Below, piece after piece: positions 60,177 to 64,000 of a DNA stretch of 64,000 nt. Both the position numbers and the translations under genes were made by a program. Under the pieces are notes generated by a model, which had not been told where the DNA came from, did no database searches, and worked only from the letters and a program-made list of their open reading frames with translations. How positions within the stretch are numbered: the stretch's first letter is position 1; each line of letters begins with the position of its first letter. This DNA comes from Polyangiales bacterium (lineage in GTDB: Bacteria > Myxococcota_A > Polyangia > Polyangiales > Ga0077539), in contig JBGARZ010000003.1 of NCBI GenBank assembly GCA_044229975.1, positions 544,001 to 608,000 on the forward strand. The letters run 5' to 3'.

Positions 60177-60839
60177 TCAGCCGCCCAGCTTCGCGAGGAG
60201 AGCGCGCAGGCGCGCCACCTCGGCCTCGGCGCTCTCGGCGCGCTCCGCCGCCGTAGGCACGAGCGACTCACCCCGCGCACCGGTGGCGAGCCGCAGCCGC
60301 GGTTGCCCCTGCTCGTTCACTGCGCGCAGCCAACAGCCCAACGAGCGGGACGCCACGCGGTCACCCAGGGAGGTCTCCACGCGCACCATCCGCCCACGCA
60401 CCCGCCGCCAGACCTGCCAGCGCATCCGCTTGCGCGAGCGCGCCGTGGCCCACGGGTCGAACACCACCAGCTCCCGCGCCCCCATGGCCTCGTAGTCGGG
60501 CGGCGCGGCCTCGTAGTCCTTCTTCCAGTCCTCGCCGACGACCTCCAACGCGAAGCTCGGCGCGTGGCCCTCCCACACCTTCCACGAGCTCACCGCGGGG
60601 ACGTCCTGCGCCACCCCGTCGACCACGTAGACGTCGGGCGCGCGGTGCACCCCGGCGTCTCCAGGCACCCAGTAGAAGAACTGGTCGGCCCCCGCGTGCG
60701 CCACCCTCCCCTGCGAGGCCAGCCATTGCGCCAGCAGCGGGCGCAACAGCTCCGCGATGAGGCGCTGGAGTTCGTGCTCCGCGGTGTCATCGCTCTCTGG
60801 GTAGCGGACCGCGTCCCACCGCTTCGCCGCCGCGACCAT
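60177..60839 (-). CDS. Uma2 family endonuclease-like protein
   Basis: YPESD...H, DQFFYW, APDVYVV, PSFALEVV, ELVVFDP, C-terminal coiled coil. Confidence 0.85.
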   Translation of the reverse strand: MVAAAKRWDAVRYPESDDTAEHELQRLIAELLRPLLAQWLASQGRVAHAGADQFFYWVPGDAGVHRAPDVYVVDGVAQDVPAVSSWKVWEGHAPSFALEVVGEDWKKDYEAAPPDYEAMGARELVVFDPWATARSRKRMRWQVWRRVRGRMVRVETSLGDRVASRSLGCWLRAVNEQGQPRLRLATGARGESLVPTAAERAESAEAEVARLRALLAKLGG

Positions 60840-60903
60840 GACTCCCGATGTATCACACGGCGCCCGGACCGACGACGGCGCGGTGGTAGAGTCGGCGGCG
60901 CCA

Positions 60904-61320
60904 ATGCCGCAACGGGATGCATTTCATCAAGCGGTCAAGGACGCCCTCGAACGTGATGGCTGGGTGGTGACGCACGACCCGCTTGCCCTGCGCTTTGGAT
61001 CGCGCCGACTCTTTGTCGACCTCGGCGCCGAGGCACCCATGGCGGCCGAGAAGGGTGGGCGCAAGATCGCGGTGGAGGTGAAGAGCTTCCTCGGGGAGTC
61101 CGAGATGAGGGAGCTCGAACAGGCGCTCGGCCAGTACGCGCTCTACCGTTTCGTCCTCGATCGCGACGACCCGGACCGGGCGCTGTTTCTTGCGGTCGCC
61201 GGAGCGACATACCAGCGCCTGTTCGACGACGCGGACGGGCGTGACCTGGTGGCTGCGCAGGGCGTGAAGCTGCTGGTCTTCGACGTCGAGAAGGGATTGG
61301 TCACCCGATGGATCGAGTGA
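60904..61320 (+). CDS. xisH: XisH family protein
   Basis: RDAFHQAVKDALERDGWVVTHDPL...DLGAE...KIAVEVKSF...ALGQY. Confidence 0.92.
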   Translation: MPQRDAFHQAVKDALERDGWVVTHDPLALRFGSRRLFVDLGAEAPMAAEKGGRKIAVEVKSFLGESEMRELEQALGQYALYRFVLDRDDPDRALFLAVAGATYQRLFDDADGRDLVAAQGVKLLVFDVEKGLVTRWIE

Positions 61321-61643
61321 ACGAATGGCGCGCGCTCATCAAGGAGATCATCCGTGAGTACGCGGTGGTCGACCCGTCGAACAGTGACGTCACCGTGGAG
61401 ACGGTGTTCGACGACGAGCACGGGCACTACGAGCTGGTGCACGTCGGCTGGGAGGCCGGGAGGCGCGTGCACGGGGCGGTGATCCACGTCGACATCCGCG
61501 ACGGGCGGATCTGGGTACAGCACGATGGTACGGAGGAGGGCATCACGACGCGGTTGCTCGCCGCGGGCGTCACGCCGGGGGAGATCGTGATGGGGTTTCA
61601 CCCGCCGACGCAGCGTCACCTGACGCGCTACGCGACGGGGTGA
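61308..61643 (+). CDS. xisI: XisI family protein
   Basis: FDDEHGHY..VHVGW....RVHG..IHVDI.DG.IWVQHDGTEEGI...IVMGFHPP. Confidence 0.92.
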   Translation: MDRVNEWRALIKEIIREYAVVDPSNSDVTVETVFDDEHGHYELVHVGWEAGRRVHGAVIHVDIRDGRIWVQHDGTEEGITTRLLAAGVTPGEIVMGFHPPTQRHLTRYATG

Positions 61644-61794
61644 ACGACTGCGCGGGAAGGTCGATGGGTTGAGGTGTGGGAGCGCCCGCTCACCTCGGCC
61701 CAACGCGCCTCACCGTCGCGCAGCGACGGGGCGACCGCGACGCTTCGGTCGATCGTCGGCCGTGGTCACCCGTCGATGAAGACCGTCGATGCCG

Positions 61795-63072
61795 TCATGG
61801 GCGACGTCGGCTGCGGACGCAGCGGAAGCCGAGCCCGCCGCCCGACGCACTCGCCGGAACGCGCCCCCGCGCCGCCCCGTGCACCATGGCGTAGTTGAGC
61901 TCCTGAAACCGTCCCCCCCGGATGACGTTCACGAAAAAGCCGCCGCTCCGAGAGGCCGCGGAGAAGGGATCGACGCGCGGACGGCCACCCCACGAGCTCG
62001 GCGCCGCGTACTCGATGAACCCGCTGGCAGTGTACTCGGAGACGTTCCCGGCCAGGTCGTAGATGCCGCCGATGGGGGGAAGGCTTCCGACTTGGAGGAA
62101 GCGATAGCCCAGCGTCGTTTCGCCTTCGCAGACGATTCCGAACTGCGCCACCACACATTCGGCGCCCGCGAGTTCGTTGCCCCAAGGGTAGGCCCGCGGC
62201 GACGGGAGGCCTTCAATCGGCCACGCCCTCGCCACATACTCCCACTCCGACTCGGTGGGCAGACGGCCGCCGTCCCATACGCAGAAGCACTGGGCAGTCG
62301 CGATGTCGAGGCAGACCAGGGGGAGCAGTTCGCGCCCCATCGGCACGCGAGACCAGTCGCAGCCGTCTGCCTGGTTGGTCCCCGGTTCGGTCACTACGTC
62401 ATGCTTCCCACGAAACCACGGTACGGGACCGCCCGGGTAGGCGACGTCTCCAGGGAGGTCGGGATGGCCCGCGTCCCAGAAGCGCCGGAAGCGCCCCACG
62501 GTCACTTCGTACGCATCGATCGCGAAGTCGCTCACGGTGATCGACGGCTGCACCGGCGCCGCGTAGGTGAAGTCCGGCAGCGTCGCGTCGCCCTGCGCGA
62601 AGGTGCCGCCGGTGACCTCGACCAGGCCGCAGCCACGGCCGCCTGCTCCCGGGCAGCTCCGCTGCTCACCGATGCATGAACCCCTGATGCACGACTGCCG
62701 GGCAGTGCACGCCTGTCCGCATCCGCCACAGTTCATCGGGTCCGTCACGAACGCCACGCAAGCCGTGCCGCAGCGGGCCTCGCCGACCGGACAGCGCCCG
62801 TTGTCGGCGACGACGTCGACAATCCGCGGGACGTCGGGCGCCACGTCGACTCCCATCGCGATGTCGACCGCGAGCACATCGGGCTGCCCCCGGTCGGGCG
62901 TCGGGGCGATGGCGTCGAATCCCGCGTCGAGGTCGTCGTCGAAGCCCACGTCGATGGCGACGGACACCTCGACGTCCGGTGACGACGGGACATCCGAAGC
63001 GGGCGTCAGGGTCGCCTCGCATCCGAGGTGGAGGAGCCCCATCGCGACGGTAGAGAAAACGAGAGCGCGCAT
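61795..63072 (-). CDS. FGE-sulfatase (SUMF1)-domain lipoprotein, paralogue of 58959-60074
   Basis: HLGC lipobox, DPMNCGGCG, YEVTVGRFRRFWDAGHP, RLPTESEWE, DLAGNVSE, GFRC. Confidence 0.88.
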   Translation of the reverse strand: MRALVFSTVAMGLLHLGCEATLTPASDVPSSPDVEVSVAIDVGFDDDLDAGFDAIAPTPDRGQPDVLAVDIAMGVDVAPDVPRIVDVVADNGRCPVGEARCGTACVAFVTDPMNCGGCGQACTARQSCIRGSCIGEQRSCPGAGGRGCGLVEVTGGTFAQGDATLPDFTYAAPVQPSITVSDFAIDAYEVTVGRFRRFWDAGHPDLPGDVAYPGGPVPWFRGKHDVVTEPGTNQADGCDWSRVPMGRELLPLVCLDIATAQCFCVWDGGRLPTESEWEYVARAWPIEGLPSPRAYPWGNELAGAECVVAQFGIVCEGETTLGYRFLQVGSLPPIGGIYDLAGNVSEYTASGFIEYAAPSSWGGRPRVDPFSAASRSGGFFVNVIRGGRFQELNYAMVHGAARGRVPASASGGGLGFRCVRSRRRP

Positions 63073-63125
63073 CGGACGTCGAGCCTTTCCGTGGGGCGCT
63101 GATCGAGACCGATCGCCCCGAGACG

Positions 63126-63154
63126 ATTAGAGCCGCGCCGAGAAGAAGGGTCAA
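63126..63154 (-). promoter_or_regulatory. Putative sigma-70 promoter for the FGE-domain gene
   Basis: Minus strand TTGACC-N17-TCTAAT, about 55 bp upstream of ATG 63072. Confidence 0.6.
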
Positions 63155-63356
63155 GCGAGCCCAGCGGATCGCTGGTGGTGGTGTTGGTGATGGGCGCCGG
63201 AGGGAGCCGTCACTCCGGAAGGCGACCGTCCACGCCCGCGGTGCGCGTCCCTCCGGGTAAGGACGCGCACCGCAGGCGTCGTCGATCGCTACGCCAAAGC
63301 CCCCGATTCCCGTCCCCGCTACACGCCCCGCACCTGCCCGGTATATAAACCCCGCC

Positions 63357-64000
63357 GTGACCCGCCCTGGGACAGCGACGCGACAGCCGATGGTGCTGCT
63401 CCTCCTGCACCTCTCGCTCACGTCGTGCGCCGGTTCACGCAATTCACTCCGCCCGCCGCCCGACCACGACCCCATGAACGACGTTCAGGGTCAGCAGCTC
63501 TTCGACCAGGGCATCTCCCTCGCGCGCTCCGGCGACCTCGTCCGCGCCGAGCAGTACCTCGCCGCCAGCATCACCCGCGGCATGCGCGAAGACCGCGTGC
63601 TCCCGCTGCTGCTGGAGGTGTGCGTCGCAGCGTCGCGATTCCGCGCGGCGGTGTCGTACGCCGAGCCGTATCTCCAGCGGCACCCGCAGGCGTGGCGGCT
63701 GCGTTTCCTCGTCGCGACCATCCGCGTCGGGCTCGACGACCGGGCTGCCGCGAGGCGCGACCTCGAGGCCGTGCTCGCCGCGAAGGAAGACCACTCCGAG
63801 GCCCACTTCGTCCTCGCGACCGTGCTCCGTGAACACTTCAACGACCCGGTCGGCGCTGACCCGCACTACCGGCGTTACCTCGCGATCGAGCCCTCGGGCG
63901 CGCACGCAGACGAGGCCCGCGCAGGGCTCCTACAGCAGGTGAATCATGATCCCGAAAGAGGTGTACGAGGAGACGCTGCTGTCGTTCCTGGCGCCGGTGA
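63357..64000 (+). CDS. TPR lipoprotein (TadD/pilotin-like), stop beyond window end
   Basis: Manual translation: ...MVLLLLHLSLTSC lipobox, TPR helices (AEQYLAA, AHFVLATVL, YRRYLAIEPSGAHADEAR); start 63357 (GTG) or 63390 (ATG). Confidence 0.7.
   Translation, partial: MTRPGTATRQPMVLLLLHLSLTSCAGSRNSLRPPPDHDPMNDVQGQQLFDQGISLARSGDLVRAEQYLAASITRGMREDRVLPLLLEVCVAASRFRAAVSYAEPYLQRHPQAWRLRFLVATIRVGLDDRAAARRDLEAVLAAKEDHSEAHFVLATVLREHFNDPVGADPHYRRYLAIEPSGAHADEARAGLLQQVNHDPERGVRGDAAVVPGAG
63946..64000 (+). CDS. Probable start of a second CpaF/TadA-family ATPase (18 codons visible)
   Basis: MIPKEVYEETLLSFLAPV resembles N-termini of CpaF-family proteins (..L..FLAP(I/V)); too short to be sure. Confidence 0.45.
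   Translation, partial: MIPKEVYEETLLSFLAPV

Noticed and set aside
58959..63072. Diversity-generating retroelement targeting the FGE domains
   Set aside because: No reverse transcriptase and no near-identical template/variable repeat pair differing at adenines.

Overview
High-GC window that reads like a Myxococcota (probably Polyangia-type) chromosome. The taxonomic call is inferred from MYXO-CTERM tails, Ser/Thr kinase-PEGA modules and Cys/Asp-rich lipoproteins. Main content, in order: a dispersed cell-division cluster (murC ... ftsQ ... ftsA, minus strand) interrupted by signalling and lipoprotein insertions; a MacAB-like ABC exporter; glyA; surface-anchored putative peptidoglycan hydrolases; Grx4-fusion/BolA; a Wsp/ACF-type chemosensory operon; a methyltransferase/LOG/McrC-like nuclease trio; and a complete Tad/Flp pilus operon with a putative sigma-54 promoter and FHA domains (Kil-like). 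A roughly 7 kb accessory island follows, and then Tad-type genes appear to resume. The main unexplained structures are a non-coding array of palindromic 41/42-bp repeats abutting the stop codon of an unknown helical protein, three unrelated long inverted-repeat doublets, and an in-frame amber codon in a PAS kinase. No rRNA, tRNA, CRISPR array, integrase or transposase was recognised. All calls come from reading motifs by eye; no searches were run, and several start codons are best guesses.
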